The position numbers and the translations under genes are program-made. DNA of 24,375 nt, from positions 1-24,375 of the forward strand of contig JAZRYO010000225.1 in assembly GCA_045600785.1 (NCBI GenBank), written 5' to 3'. Shown here piece by piece: positions 1 to 8,733 of this stretch; position 1 is the first letter of the stretch; each line of letters starts with the position of its first letter. Below the pieces are notes generated by a model. It saw nothing but the letters and a program-made list of their open reading frames with translations. It made no database searches and was not told the DNA's origin. This stretch comes from Christensenellaceae bacterium (lineage in GTDB: Bacteria > Bacillota > Clostridia > Christensenellales > Borkfalkiaceae).

Positions 1-1682
1 AAGTCAACCATTTCGTATCCTGCAAGGAATCCGTTTTTAGACGCTTCTTCGATACCCTTTCTGACGGGTTCGATATATTCCTTGGGAATAGAACCGCCGA
101 CCGTTTCGTCAACGAATTCAAATCCTTTGCCGGGTTCCAAAGGCTCAAAGTGAACTTTACAATGTCCGTATTGTCCTTTACCACCCGATTGTCTTTTATA
201 CATTCCTTCGGCGTCAACAGCCTTTCTGAACGTTTCTTTATAAGATACTTGGGGCTTACCGACAGTCGCTTCAACCTTAAATTCACGAAGAAGTCTATCG
301 ACGATTATTTCAAGGTGAAGTTCGCCCATTCCGGCGATTATCGTTTGTCCCGTTTCTTTATCGGTATAGAACTTGAAAGTCGGGTCTTCTTCGGCGAGTT
401 TCAAAAGCGCCATAGTCATCTTCTCTTGACCTGCTTTCGTCTTGGGCTCGATAGCAACTTGAATAACGGGTTCGGGGAATTCCATATTCTCCAAAATTAT
501 AGGATGCGCTTCATCGCAAAGCGTGTCGCCCGTAGTCGTGTCTTTAAGTCCGACGATTGCACAAATATCACCCGAATAAACTTCGTTTATTTCTTCTCTG
601 TGATTTGCGTGCATCAAAAGAAGTCTTCCGACTCTTTCTTTCTTGCCTTTGGTCGAGTTATATACGTAAGAACCCGATTCCAAAACACCCGAATATGCTC
701 TGAAATATGCAAGTTTTCCGACGAACGGGTCTGCGACCATCTTGAACGCTAAACCTGCGAAAGGTTCGTTGTCGTCCGTCTTTCTTTCTTCTTCTTGGTC
801 GGTATCGGGGTTGACGCCTTTAACGTGGTCAACGTCGATAGGACTCGGAAGATAGTCTACGATTGCGTCCAAAAGGTGTTGAACGCCTCTGTTTTTATAA
901 CTCGAACCGCAAAGAACGGGTGTCATATTCATAGATATCGTAGCCTTTCTTATTGCATACTTCATATCTTCTACGGAAAGTTCTCCGCTTTCGAAGAATT
1001 TTTCCATTAAAGCGTCGTCTTGTTCGGCACAAGATTCCATAAGTTTTTGTCTTGCTTCGTTGGCAAGGTCAACGTAATCTGCGGGGATAGGTCCGACCGT
1101 AAAGTCTTTTCCTAATTCGTCGTGATAAATAATGGAATTGTTTTCTACAAGGTCGATAATACCTTGGAAGGTTTCTTCTTTACCGATAGGAAGAGTGATA
1201 GGCATTGCGTTTGTTTTAAGCCTTTCTCTCATCATATTTACGGCGTTATCGAAGTTTGCACCGTTTATATCCATTTTGTTGACGTACGCAATACGGGGAA
1301 CGTGATACTTGTCCGCTTGTCTCCAAACGGTTTCCGATTGCGGTTCAACTCCGCCTTTTGCACAGAACGTAGCGACTGCTCCGTCTAATACACGCAAAGA
1401 CCTTTCAACTTCGACCGTAAAGTCAACGTGGCCGGGTGTGTCGATTATGTTAATTCTGTTTTCCTTCCAAAAACAAGTCGTTGCGGCGGAACAAATCGTG
1501 ATACCTCTTTCTTGTTCTTGTACCATGAAGTCCATAGTAGCCGAACCGTCGTGAGTTTCACCGAGTTTATGAGTCTTACCTGTGTAGAATAAAATTCTTT
1601 CGGTAGTAGTCGTCTTTCCGGCGTCGATGTGCGCCATAATTCCGATGTTTCTGGTATGTTGTAAGTCAAATTGTCTTGGCAT
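1..1682 (-). CDS. fusA: Elongation factor G, 5' part (560 codons; truncated by the window start)
   Basis: Manual translation from ATG at 1682 gives [35 protein letters not shown]...[22 protein letters not shown]...NKMD. The same frame near base 200 gives [13 protein letters not shown]. Follows rpsG. Absent from the ORF track because no stop lies in the window. Confidence 0.98.
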   Translation of the reverse strand, partial: MPRQFDLQHTRNIGIMAHIDAGKTTTTERILFYTGKTHKLGETHDGSATMDFMVQEQERGITICSAATTCFWKENRINIIDTPGHVDFTVEVERSLRVLDGAVATFCAKGGVEPQSETVWRQADKYHVPRIAYVNKMDINGANFDNAVNMMRERLKTNAMPITLPIGKEETFQGIIDLVENNSIIYHDELGKDFTVGPIPADYVDLANEARQKLMESCAEQDDALMEKFFESGELSVEDMKYAIRKATISMNMTPVLCGSSYKNRGVQHLLDAIVDYLPSPIDVDHVKGVNPDTDQEEERKTDDNEPFAGLAFKMVADPFVGKLAYFRAYSGVLESGSYVYNSTKGKKERVGRLLLMHANHREEINEVYSGDICAIVGLKDTTTGDTLCDEAHPIILENMEFPEPVIQVAIEPKTKAGQEKMTMALLKLAEEDPTFKFYTDKETGQTIIAGMGELHLEIIVDRLLREFKVEATVGKPQVSYKETFRKAVDAEGMYKRQSGGKGQYGHCKVHFEPLEPGKGFEFVDETVGGSIPKEYIEPVRKGIEEASKNGFLAGYEMVD

Positions 1683-1694
1683 AATGTCTCCCGA

Positions 1695-2165
1695 TTACCA
1701 GCGATAATGCGCAAAAGCCTTGTTTGCTTCCGCCATCTTGTGAGTGTCTTCTTTCTTCTTGACTGCTCCGCCGGTACTATTGTAAGCGTCAACGAGTTCG
1801 TTTGCAAGTCTTTCGCTCATGACCTTTTCACTTCTCTTTCTCGCACTTGCGACTATCCAACGGATAGCGAGAGTTTGTCTTCTCTCCGGTCTGATTTCGA
1901 TAGGAACTTGGTAGTTCGAACCGCCTACTCTTCTCGCTTTAACTTCGAGAAGGGGCATAACGTTGTTCATTGCTTGTTCAAAAATATCCATCGGTTCAAC
2001 GCCTAACTTTTCTTTTGCTTCGTTAAGTGCGTCGTATACGATGGTTTGCGCAGTTCCCTTCTTACCGTCAAGCATTACTTGATTGATAAGTTTGGTAAGC
2101 ACTTTGCTTCCGTATATGGGATCCGGCAAAACGTCCCTCTTGGGAACGCCACCTCTTCTTGGCAT
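1695..2165 (-). CDS. rpsG: 30S ribosomal protein S7
   Basis: [20 protein letters not shown]...[11 protein letters not shown]...[15 protein letters not shown]; SD AAGGAGG upstream. Confidence 0.99.
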   Translation of the reverse strand: MPRRGGVPKRDVLPDPIYGSKVLTKLINQVMLDGKKGTAQTIVYDALNEAKEKLGVEPMDIFEQAMNNVMPLLEVKARRVGGSNYQVPIEIRPERRQTLAIRWIVASARKRSEKVMSERLANELVDAYNSTGGAVKKKEDTHKMAEANKAFAHYRW

Positions 2166-2190
2166 TTTAATATCCTCCTTTAATTTTTGT

Positions 2191-2317
2191 AGGGTACGAT
2201 ATACCCTGTATGCTATCGCTCTTAAACCGCTTTTGCGGGAGCGAACCTTCTGGCAACCGTGTTGCCATACTGCCTACTTTTCAGGTAAAAATTCAGAATT
2301 TCCACTATGTAAGTAGG
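2191..2317 (-). promoter_or_regulatory. Structured rpsL-rpsG intercistronic RNA (candidate S7-responsive element)
   Basis: Complementary pairs: AGGGTA/TACCCT (2191-2207), TCGCTC/GAGCGA enclosing CCGC/GCGG (2216-2244), TGGCAAC/GTTGCCA (2251-2267), CCTACTT/AAGTAGG (2273-2317). Confidence 0.5.
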
Positions 2318-2337
2318 GTTTTTGTTTTTTCGTTTGA

Positions 2338-2709
2338 TTACTTGGGGCGTTTAGCGCCGTACTTGGATCTTGCTTGATTACGCTTTTGAACGCCGGCAGT
2401 ATCTAACGTACCACGAATAATGTGATATCTTACGCCGGGCAAATCTCTGACTCTTCCGCCACGGATAAGTACCGAACTATGCTCTTGAAGGTTGTGTCCT
2501 TCGCCTGGAATATAGATAGTACCTTCCTGCTTGTTAGTCAAACGAACTCTTGCGATTTTACGAAGTGCAGAGTTGGGCTTCTTGGGAGAAGTCGTAGTAA
2601 CGGATAAACATACTCCACGCTTTTGCGGACAGTTGTTCAAAATGGGCGCTTTGCTCTTTTCTTTCGCCGTTACTCTGCCTTGTTTAATCAGTTGGTTGAT
2701 TGTTGGCAT
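2338..2709 (-). CDS. rpsL: 30S ribosomal protein S12
   Basis: MPTINQL...[10 protein letters not shown]...GHNLQEHS...[12 protein letters not shown]; SD GGAGGT. Confidence 0.99.
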   Translation of the reverse strand: MPTINQLIKQGRVTAKEKSKAPILNNCPQKRGVCLSVTTTSPKKPNSALRKIARVRLTNKQEGTIYIPGEGHNLQEHSSVLIRGGRVRDLPGVRYHIIRGTLDTAGVQKRNQARSKYGAKRPK

Positions 2710-2817
2710 TTTTTACCTCCTTATTTAGTGTAATATTCTGAAAACGGACCCTATTCCGCTTAAAGAAAGCACGTTTTCGGGCGGACGACAGTTTTCGCCC
2801 ATACCCATTGCTTGTAA

Positions 2818-2846
2818 ATTTTATCATATTTTTTTAACTCAGTCAA
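2818..2846 (-). promoter_or_regulatory. sigmaA-type promoter of the str operon
   Basis: TTGACT (2846-2841), 17 nt, TAAAAT (2823-2818), with TG one base upstream of the -10. Confidence 0.75.
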
Positions 2847-2910
2847 CGTTTTTAACGGATATATATAATATATTTAACATTTTTTTTGATATTTTACCCC
2901 TAAAAAGCAC

Positions 2911-2940
2911 AAAAAAAGGCGTGTGAAAAACTCACACGTC
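2911..2940 (-). terminator. Rho-independent terminator after the tldD-tldE-lipoprotein operon
   Basis: Minus strand CGTGTGA-gtttt-TCACACG followed by CC and T7. Confidence 0.8.
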
Positions 2941-2954
2941 TTAATTTTGTTAAT

Positions 2955-4445
2955 TCAGAAGCCTATTTGCGCTCCAAATGTCGCCGAGAAGAAATACTTG
3001 CCGTTAAATATCTCGGTCAATAATTTTCCGAGTGGAAGGGTAAACGATAAAACGTTTTCTTCTTCGATTTTTTCAACCTTAAAGAAGGGATTTTCTTCAA
3101 ACGCCGAAAGGTCGGCGTCGCCACACGGAATACTTACGGGAACGTCAAACTCTATCTCTCCTGCGTTTGCCGTGTATCCGAAATTGAAAGTCGCTTTTGC
3201 GTCGGTTAAAATTCCGTCGGTCGTTTTTACTTCCGTTTCATAAGAAAGCACGTCGACGAAAACTTTATTTATAAGTTCGAATATCGGCAAAACTTTTCCG
3301 CCGAATATTCTTCTCGATAAAGCGTCAGTCCACTCGTTTAACGTCTTGGTCTTAAACTTCGGAACTAAAACTTCTCCTATAAGGTGTTCAAGTTTCGCAC
3401 TTTGGTCGCCAACTATCATTTGATACAATTCGTTTAGAGAGTATTTGCCGACCTGCGCCATAAGATAATCGTATGCGCCTTCGCCGTCTTTTAGGTCGGG
3501 AAGATTAAACCCGAATTTTTCGTTTACGCTATCTATTACGCTTTGAACGTCCAAAGAAAGTATCTTGAAAATTAAATCGACCGTTTCACGCAAAGAAAAA
3601 TCTTGGTCTTTTAGTTGACTTCTTAAAAGTGCGTCTAAAAATATGGCTAAAGTCGATATGCGCATATTGACGACGCCGTCGGTATCGTCTTGGTCGTCGC
3701 CGAATAAAAGCGGTAATATCTCGTCTAAAAATTCGTCGCAACTTTCCGTCCCTATAAGTTCGTACAAAGTCTTGTCTTTGAACCCGTATAAATCTTCCAA
3801 AACTTCGTTTGCAAGCAAGCCGATATTTTCGTAATCTCTATCCGTCTTAACTCCCTTTTCGGCGTCTTTCGTCTTGTAAAGTCCGTACGCCAAATCCGCT
3901 ATCTTGCCGTATAGTTCGTTATAACGCTTAGTAAGTTCTACGCTGTTTTGTTCTTCGACGAAATCTTTAATACTTTTTTCTATCTCTTTAAGCGTGCCTA
4001 TACGGAAGGATATTTTTTTATCTTCCGGTCCGTAAAGAATTTCGACTGCTCCGTCCTTATAAGTCAAAGTGCTTTCGAATAAAATTATACTCGAAACGCC
4101 TTCGCCGTACGCCCTGACTCTGATACTCGCAAAAAGGTCGAATCCGTCGTCGGTGTTTTCAAGCAACACTCCCAAATCGGCATCGAACACGCCACGACCT
4201 AAAACGAACTCGCCGTCCTTTTTCTCGGCGGTAAATTTATGAGTAAAGTTGCCTACCGCAAGCCCGTCCGTAAATATAGGTAAACCGTCGATGAGTTGAA
4301 CGAGTGAAACCCCGTCGAAACTCTCTCTTTTAAGTTCGATTGCCTTCGTTTCATCTTCCGTTTTTTCTTGCTTTTGACAAGAACATACGAAAAGCGTACA
4401 GCACGACAAAACTACCGCTAATAATACTGCTAAAAATTTTCTCAT
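2955..4445 (-). CDS. Hypothetical lipoprotein, 496 aa
   Basis: Basic N-terminus MRK, hydrophobic stretch and lipobox-like VCSC (Cys23); SD AAGGAG; no family recognised. Confidence 0.75.
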   Translation of the reverse strand: MRKFLAVLLAVVLSCCTLFVCSCQKQEKTEDETKAIELKRESFDGVSLVQLIDGLPIFTDGLAVGNFTHKFTAEKKDGEFVLGRGVFDADLGVLLENTDDGFDLFASIRVRAYGEGVSSIILFESTLTYKDGAVEILYGPEDKKISFRIGTLKEIEKSIKDFVEEQNSVELTKRYNELYGKIADLAYGLYKTKDAEKGVKTDRDYENIGLLANEVLEDLYGFKDKTLYELIGTESCDEFLDEILPLLFGDDQDDTDGVVNMRISTLAIFLDALLRSQLKDQDFSLRETVDLIFKILSLDVQSVIDSVNEKFGFNLPDLKDGEGAYDYLMAQVGKYSLNELYQMIVGDQSAKLEHLIGEVLVPKFKTKTLNEWTDALSRRIFGGKVLPIFELINKVFVDVLSYETEVKTTDGILTDAKATFNFGYTANAGEIEFDVPVSIPCGDADLSAFEENPFFKVEKIEEENVLSFTLPLGKLLTEIFNGKYFFSATFGAQIGF

Positions 4446-4464
4446 ACTTCTCCTTGCAAAACGG

Positions 4465-5736
4465 TTAAACGATATTCATACCGTCTAATACCATTTTCGA
4501 CGGTCCTTCGTAAGAACCCCTTATAGTCTTTATTTTGTTTAATCTTACGGTATTTAATACCTTGCTTAATCTACCGCTCATAGAAACGCCCGTTATCGAA
4601 CGGGTTTGCTTGCCGTCGTAGTAGTAAGCAAGTCTTATTTCTCCGCCTATATAGTCGTTATATAAATCGACTTGTATGCCCGATAAGGATACACACTCGA
4701 AATAAGGCTCTTTTTTTAATTCCTTTTCGGTAAGCGTTCCCGTGTCTAATTTCATACAGGAAAGCATACCCGTAGGTTGTTCTTTTAAGTATTCGGCAAA
4801 TCTTACCGTGCCGTGATTTGCAACTACTTTGCCGTCTTTTATTATCGTCTTGTCGGCAAGAGAATAGCCGTCGTCGTCAAACGCAGAAGAAAATACCGAA
4901 CCTTTTATTTGCGCTTTCATTGTAAGCGTCAATTTGTCGCCCTTGGGGGCGGTTTGTATCTTACCGTTTTTCTTAAATAAATTCGACTTCGAATATACGC
5001 TTGCAAAGTCTAAATCGGAAACGTAATTTCTCAAAAGTTCTTGTATCTCGTGTGCGCCCAAAACGACTTTACACTTAATCTTTTCGGTAGGCTTTTCGGC
5101 GTTTCTTCTATCCCTAACTTCTCTCATTTTGCCGTCTATCTCGGCGGTAATTTCTTCGGGGATAAGTTCGGTAAACTCGTAGTTCTCGTAAAGTTCGACC
5201 GACTCGCCTTCGTTCCACGTCGGAATTGCTTCGACCATCGCCCTATACTTTACTTGCGTCTTATCGACGCCTTTGCTGTTCTTGACGTTTACCGTCTTTT
5301 TATAGACGAAAATTTCGGTTGCGTTTATCGAACCGTTTTTATAGTTGTCCGCCTTAAAGACGGCTTTCGCTATTTCTTCGGCAACCGACTTTAACTCTTT
5401 TCCTTCGAAGTTCGATTTGACCGTATAACTTCCTTTACCGCCACCTACGATATCGTAATTTTGGTTGGAAACGAGTTTCGCCCTTGCGGTCGCTTTCTCG
5501 ATTTTGTCCTTGACTTCGGCTTCGGTATTACCTTCGAAAACCGAGAAGGAACTCTCGCCCTTAAAACCGTCGTGGTCAACGTAAACGGTTACGAACTTTT
5601 CGTTGACGTCGGTCGCACGGGCAGTTTCTATTTTTTTCTTAACGTAAAAAAGTTGATAAGAAGATACTTCGCTACTTATTACTTTATAGTCCGAAACGCC
5701 TTCGGACTTTTTCAATAATTCAAAAACGTCTATCAT
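4465..5736 (-). CDS. TldE/PmbA-family partner of the TldD metalloprotease
   Basis: AFDDDGY motif, YYYDG-like C-terminal region, no HExxH; ATGA overlap with the upstream tldD-like gene. Confidence 0.8.
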   Translation of the reverse strand: MIDVFELLKKSEGVSDYKVISSEVSSYQLFYVKKKIETARATDVNEKFVTVYVDHDGFKGESSFSVFEGNTEAEVKDKIEKATARAKLVSNQNYDIVGGGKGSYTVKSNFEGKELKSVAEEIAKAVFKADNYKNGSINATEIFVYKKTVNVKNSKGVDKTQVKYRAMVEAIPTWNEGESVELYENYEFTELIPEEITAEIDGKMREVRDRRNAEKPTEKIKCKVVLGAHEIQELLRNYVSDLDFASVYSKSNLFKKNGKIQTAPKGDKLTLTMKAQIKGSVFSSAFDDDGYSLADKTIIKDGKVVANHGTVRFAEYLKEQPTGMLSCMKLDTGTLTEKELKKEPYFECVSLSGIQVDLYNDYIGGEIRLAYYYDGKQTRSITGVSMSGRLSKVLNTVRLNKIKTIRGSYEGPSKMVLDGMNIV

Positions 5737-7130
5737 CCTAATTTAACCCTCACTTTCAAGTTGGGTCCGCCGTCGGCAACCCTAACCCACTCTTTATATC
5801 CTTTTCCGCAACTACCCGAACCTATGACTTCGGACTTGTCCGATATCATAGTTATCGACTTCAAAAGTTCGGGTACCGAACCGCTCATAACGACGGGCGA
5901 TACGTAATTGTCTGTAAGTTTTCCGTCGATTATTTCTATGCCGTATTCGGCGGTGCATTGTATTTGCCAGTTCTTCGGGTCTTCCATACCGTTGTTGGTA
6001 TCGAATAACATATAGCCGTGTTTAATCGACTTTATCATATCCGAAAGTTTGTCTTTTCCTGCGTCGAAGAAAGTGTTGGTCATACGGGAATAAGCCTTGT
6101 TTTTGAAACTCTCTCTCCTGCCGTTGCCCGACGGTTTGACTTTAAGTTCGGTCGCACTCGTCAAGTCGGAAAGTCCGTTTACCAAAATTCCGTCTTTAAT
6201 GATTTGAGTGTTTTGCGCCAAAACGCCGTCGTCGTCAAAGAAGTACGACGCAGCCGACAAAGTCGCCCCCGCACCGTCTCTCATATTAGATATAGGCGAC
6301 GCAACGTATTTGCCGACGTATGATTTCGCAAGCGCCCTATCCTTTACGAATTGGTCCATTTCAACGCCGTGTCCGAACGCTTCGTGGGCGATTAAGCCCG
6401 TTATCGAACTGTCGGTTATAACGTCGTAAACCCCGGGAACTATGGGTTTTGCCTTGTCGAGTTTATGCGCAAGGTCGATAACTTTATCTGCCTTTTTAGT
6501 TAAGTCGGACATTACTTTTTTAAGCATGTTTCCGTTTGCGCTTTCAACTGCCTGAACTACTCTCTCGCCCTTATATATGACTACCAAAAAGGCGTTTGCC
6601 CAACCGTAATGTTGGTCCAAAACTTTATTGTTCGATACGAAAAGTTTTGATACGGTATAAGGACGGACGGATACGAAAGCGTTTAGTATCTTGTCGTCTT
6701 TTTTAAGCGTTTCGTTCATAAGGGAAGAACAGTACGACAATACTTTTTCGTCCGAAAACTTATCGAAATCGCTTTCTCTTAAAAAGGACTCGACGTGCTT
6801 TTCGTCCTTGATTTTTTGGCACTTTATCGTGTCGCCTTTAAGTTTTTTGGTGAGTTCGACCGAAGATAAAATCTTCTTCGCAAGTTCTTTTTTGTCCCCC
6901 GAAATATCCGATACCGAATATTCGTAGAAGGCGTCTTTTTTGTGCATTTTAACGACAAATCCACAGTCGTTTTGACCTTCTCTAATCATCGACGCCGCAC
7001 GGTTTGCTGTGTAGAACGTTTCTCTGACGTCAGTCCCTAAAACGCTGACGTAAGAAAAATGTTTCTTCAATTCTTTAACGAGTAAAACGGCGTCTTGTTT
7101 TCTACTTTGTAAAAATTCTGAAAACGGCAT
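5733..7130 (-). CDS. tldD: TldD-family metalloprotease (465 aa from ATG 7130)
   Basis: HEAFGHG zinc motif, FFDDDG, GNGRRES...SRMTNTF, GSCGKG; SD AAGGAG before ATG 7130. Confidence 0.9.
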   Translation of the reverse strand: MPFSEFLQSRKQDAVLLVKELKKHFSYVSVLGTDVRETFYTANRAASMIREGQNDCGFVVKMHKKDAFYEYSVSDISGDKKELAKKILSSVELTKKLKGDTIKCQKIKDEKHVESFLRESDFDKFSDEKVLSYCSSLMNETLKKDDKILNAFVSVRPYTVSKLFVSNNKVLDQHYGWANAFLVVIYKGERVVQAVESANGNMLKKVMSDLTKKADKVIDLAHKLDKAKPIVPGVYDVITDSSITGLIAHEAFGHGVEMDQFVKDRALAKSYVGKYVASPISNMRDGAGATLSAASYFFDDDGVLAQNTQIIKDGILVNGLSDLTSATELKVKPSGNGRRESFKNKAYSRMTNTFFDAGKDKLSDMIKSIKHGYMLFDTNNGMEDPKNWQIQCTAEYGIEIIDGKLTDNYVSPVVMSGSVPELLKSITMISDKSEVIGSGSCGKGYKEWVRVADGGPNLKVRVKLG

Positions 7131-7157
7131 TTTTTTCTCCTTTTCTTTTTTTAGACA

Positions 7158-7186
7158 ATTATATATCCTTTTCCCGTCTTTTTCAA
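7158..7186 (-). promoter_or_regulatory. sigmaA-type promoter of tldD
   Basis: TTGAAA (7186-7181), 17 nt, TATAAT (7163-7158). Confidence 0.75.
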
Positions 7187-7245
7187 CTGATTTTATATTC
7201 TTTTTTCTTTTACCGACTATTTGCCCCACTTATACTCCCCAAAAA

Positions 7246-7369
7246 TCACTCGCCGTAGGCGTACTTCACTGCACCGCAACTTCACTTGCGTTAGCAAACT
7301 TCACTGCGTAGCAACTTCACTTGTCGTAAGACAAACTTCACTTGCGCCAGCAAACTTCACTGCTCCGCA
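7246..7369. repeat. Array of ACTTCAC linkers alternating with variable mini-hairpins
   Basis: Exact ACTTCAC at 7263, 7279, 7298, 7314, 7335 and 7354, plus partial TCAC at 7246. Each is followed by a 9-14 nt self-complementary unit. Confidence 0.92.
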
Positions 7370-7378
7370 ATTCTCAAC

Positions 7379-7416
7379 AAAAAAAAAAGAGATGCGATAA
7401 AACGCATCTCGTTTTT
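7379..7416 (-). terminator. Rho-independent terminator of rplM-rpsI (possibly bidirectional)
   Basis: GAGATGCG/CGCATCTC stem (7389-7410), T10 tail on minus, T-rich tail on plus. Confidence 0.88.
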
Positions 7417-7418
7417 TG

Positions 7419-7832
7419 TTATCTCTTTGAGAATTGCGGAGCACGTCTTGCTTTCTTTATGCCGTACTTCTTTCTTTCCTTCATTCTCGGGTCTCTCGTT
7501 AAGAAACCTGCTTTTTTAAGCGTCGGACGGAGTTCGGGTTCTGCGACGATAAGCGCTCTCGAAATTCCGTGTCTTATTGCACCTGCTTGACCGGTAAATC
7601 CACCGCCGATTACGTTTACGAATACGTCGTACTTTCCGTCGGTTTCGGTCAAAACAAGGGGTTGACGAATAATGAGTTTTAACGTGTCAAGGTCGCAATA
7701 CTCGTCAATGCTTCTTCCGTTTATGTTGATAGCGCCCGTTCCGCCAGGGATAAGTCTAACCCTTGCGATTGCGCTCTTTCTTCTTCCTGTTCCCCAGTAT
7801 TGAAGTTTCTTTTTAACAGATACTTTTGCCAT
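7419..7832 (-). CDS. rpsI: 30S ribosomal protein S9
   Basis: [12 protein letters not shown]...[19 protein letters not shown]...[12 protein letters not shown]...[10 protein letters not shown]. Confidence 0.99.
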   Translation of the reverse strand: MAKVSVKKKLQYWGTGRRKSAIARVRLIPGGTGAININGRSIDEYCDLDTLKLIIRQPLVLTETDGKYDVFVNVIGGGFTGQAGAIRHGISRALIVAEPELRPTLKKAGFLTRDPRMKERKKYGIKKARRAPQFSKR

Positions 7833-7849
7833 ACTCTTTTCTCCTTACC

Positions 7850-8284
7850 TTATTTACCGATTTTAAGTTCTACGGGTTTTTGTGCTTGATGATTGTGTTC
7901 TGCGCCTTTGTAAACACGAAGTTTAGAAAGCATTTGTGCGCCCAAAGTGTTCTTGGGAAGCATGCCCTTTACCGCTTCGTAAACAACGACGTCCGACTTT
8001 TCGTCCATCATTCTTCTGTATGGCGTTTGCTTTAATCCGCCGACGTATCCCGTGTGATAAGTGTAAAGTTTTTGGTCGAGTTTTTTACCCGTTAAAACTA
8101 CCTTGTCGCTATTTATTACTATTACGAAATCGCCCGTATCGACGTTGGGAGTGAATATCGGCTTGTTCTTTCCACGAAGAACGGTTGCAACTTGCGATGC
8201 AAGTCTTCCGAGAGTAAGTCCCGTAGCGTCGACAACGTACCATTTTCTTTCAACTTGTTGGTCCTTTGCCATATAAGTTTTCAT
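7850..8284 (-). CDS. rplM: 50S ribosomal protein L13
   Basis: [40 protein letters not shown]...HTGYVGGLK...GMLPKN. Confidence 0.99.
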   Translation of the reverse strand: MKTYMAKDQQVERKWYVVDATGLTLGRLASQVATVLRGKNKPIFTPNVDTGDFVIVINSDKVVLTGKKLDQKLYTYHTGYVGGLKQTPYRRMMDEKSDVVVYEAVKGMLPKNTLGAQMLSKLRVYKGAEHNHQAQKPVELKIGK

Positions 8285-8375
8285 TTTTATTCTCCAAATT
8301 TGTATGTTTTATATATATAAGGTCGTATCGGATAGGGGCTAAACTATGCGAAACTTCCCTTATAGATGCTAAACT

Positions 8376-8404
8376 ATTTTAGTAAAATAACTTTTCTTTG
8401 TCAA
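8376..8404 (-). promoter_or_regulatory. sigmaA-type promoter of rplM-rpsI
   Basis: TTGACA (8404-8399), 17 nt, TAAAAT (8381-8376). Confidence 0.8.
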
Positions 8405-8421
8405 GCGTTTTTATCTATTTT

Positions 8422-8625
8422 TTAATAATCTTTTCTTCCAAGCAAATAATCTGTCGATACTTCGAAAAAATCGGCAAGCAAAATAATGTACGACGCTTTC
8501 GGTTCGTTTACTCCCCTTTCCCAATAGTCGATAGCCTTTTGACTTGTCCCTATTGCTTTGCCCAATTCCAACTGCGACATTTTTCTCTCTTTTCGCAGTT
8601 CCTTTATAATCTCTCCTATTTTCAT
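8422..8625 (-). CDS. Small XRE/Cro-C1 family helix-turn-helix regulator, 67 aa
   Basis: IKELRKERKMSQLELGKAIGTSQKAIDYWERGVNEP...LADFFEVSTDYLLG is a typical HTH_3 pattern. Confidence 0.92.
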   Translation of the reverse strand: MKIGEIIKELRKERKMSQLELGKAIGTSQKAIDYWERGVNEPKASYIILLADFFEVSTDYLLGRKDY

Positions 8626-8637
8626 AATTAAAATTTT

Positions 8638-8688
8638 AGAAGAAAACTTCTTGTTTTTGTTGACAAAGAAGATTTCTTCTTGTATAAT
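8638..8688 (+). promoter_or_regulatory. Consensus promoter of the PH-domain gene with two palindromic operator candidates
   Basis: TTGACA 8660-8665, 17 nt, TG-TATAAT 8683-8688; AGAAG-N4-CTTCT at 8638-8651 and 8667-8680. Confidence 0.75.
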
Positions 8689-8733
8689 TATGTCTATAAT
8701 TCGTGTTTTTACACGTAAAATAAGGAGATTTTT

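Noticed and set aside
1470-1510. EF-G reads GITICSAA instead of the usual GITITSAA
   Set aside because: Single substitution at a position known to vary; not enough to claim altered function
150-1807. Several ORF-track entries overlapping fusA (150-752, 795-1010, 1122-1388, 1309-1554, 1445-1807)
   Set aside because: Antisense or out-of-frame shadows of the clear EF-G reading frame, with no family motifs. The same applies to the short shadow ORFs over the other housekeeping genes.
2955-2975. Lipoprotein ends in Phe (GAQIGF), like a beta-barrel sorting signal
   Set aside because: The host looks monoderm and the protein has a lipobox and a helical core; likely coincidence
7131-7229. 33-aa N-terminal extension of TldD in the ORF track
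   Set aside because: It spans the promoter; ATG 7130 has an SD and a typical TldD length
7246-7369. Hairpin array as a CRISPR array
   Set aside because: The repeat is only 7 nt, the spacers are 9-14 nt palindromes, and there are no cas genes
7342-7590. 82-aa plus-strand ORF
   Set aside because: Runs through the repeat array, the terminator and antisense rpsI; no SD or motif
8416-8428. XRE gene end (TAT TAA AAA) resembles the truA end as a third repeat copy
   Set aside because: Only about 9 AT-rich bases match; expected by chance
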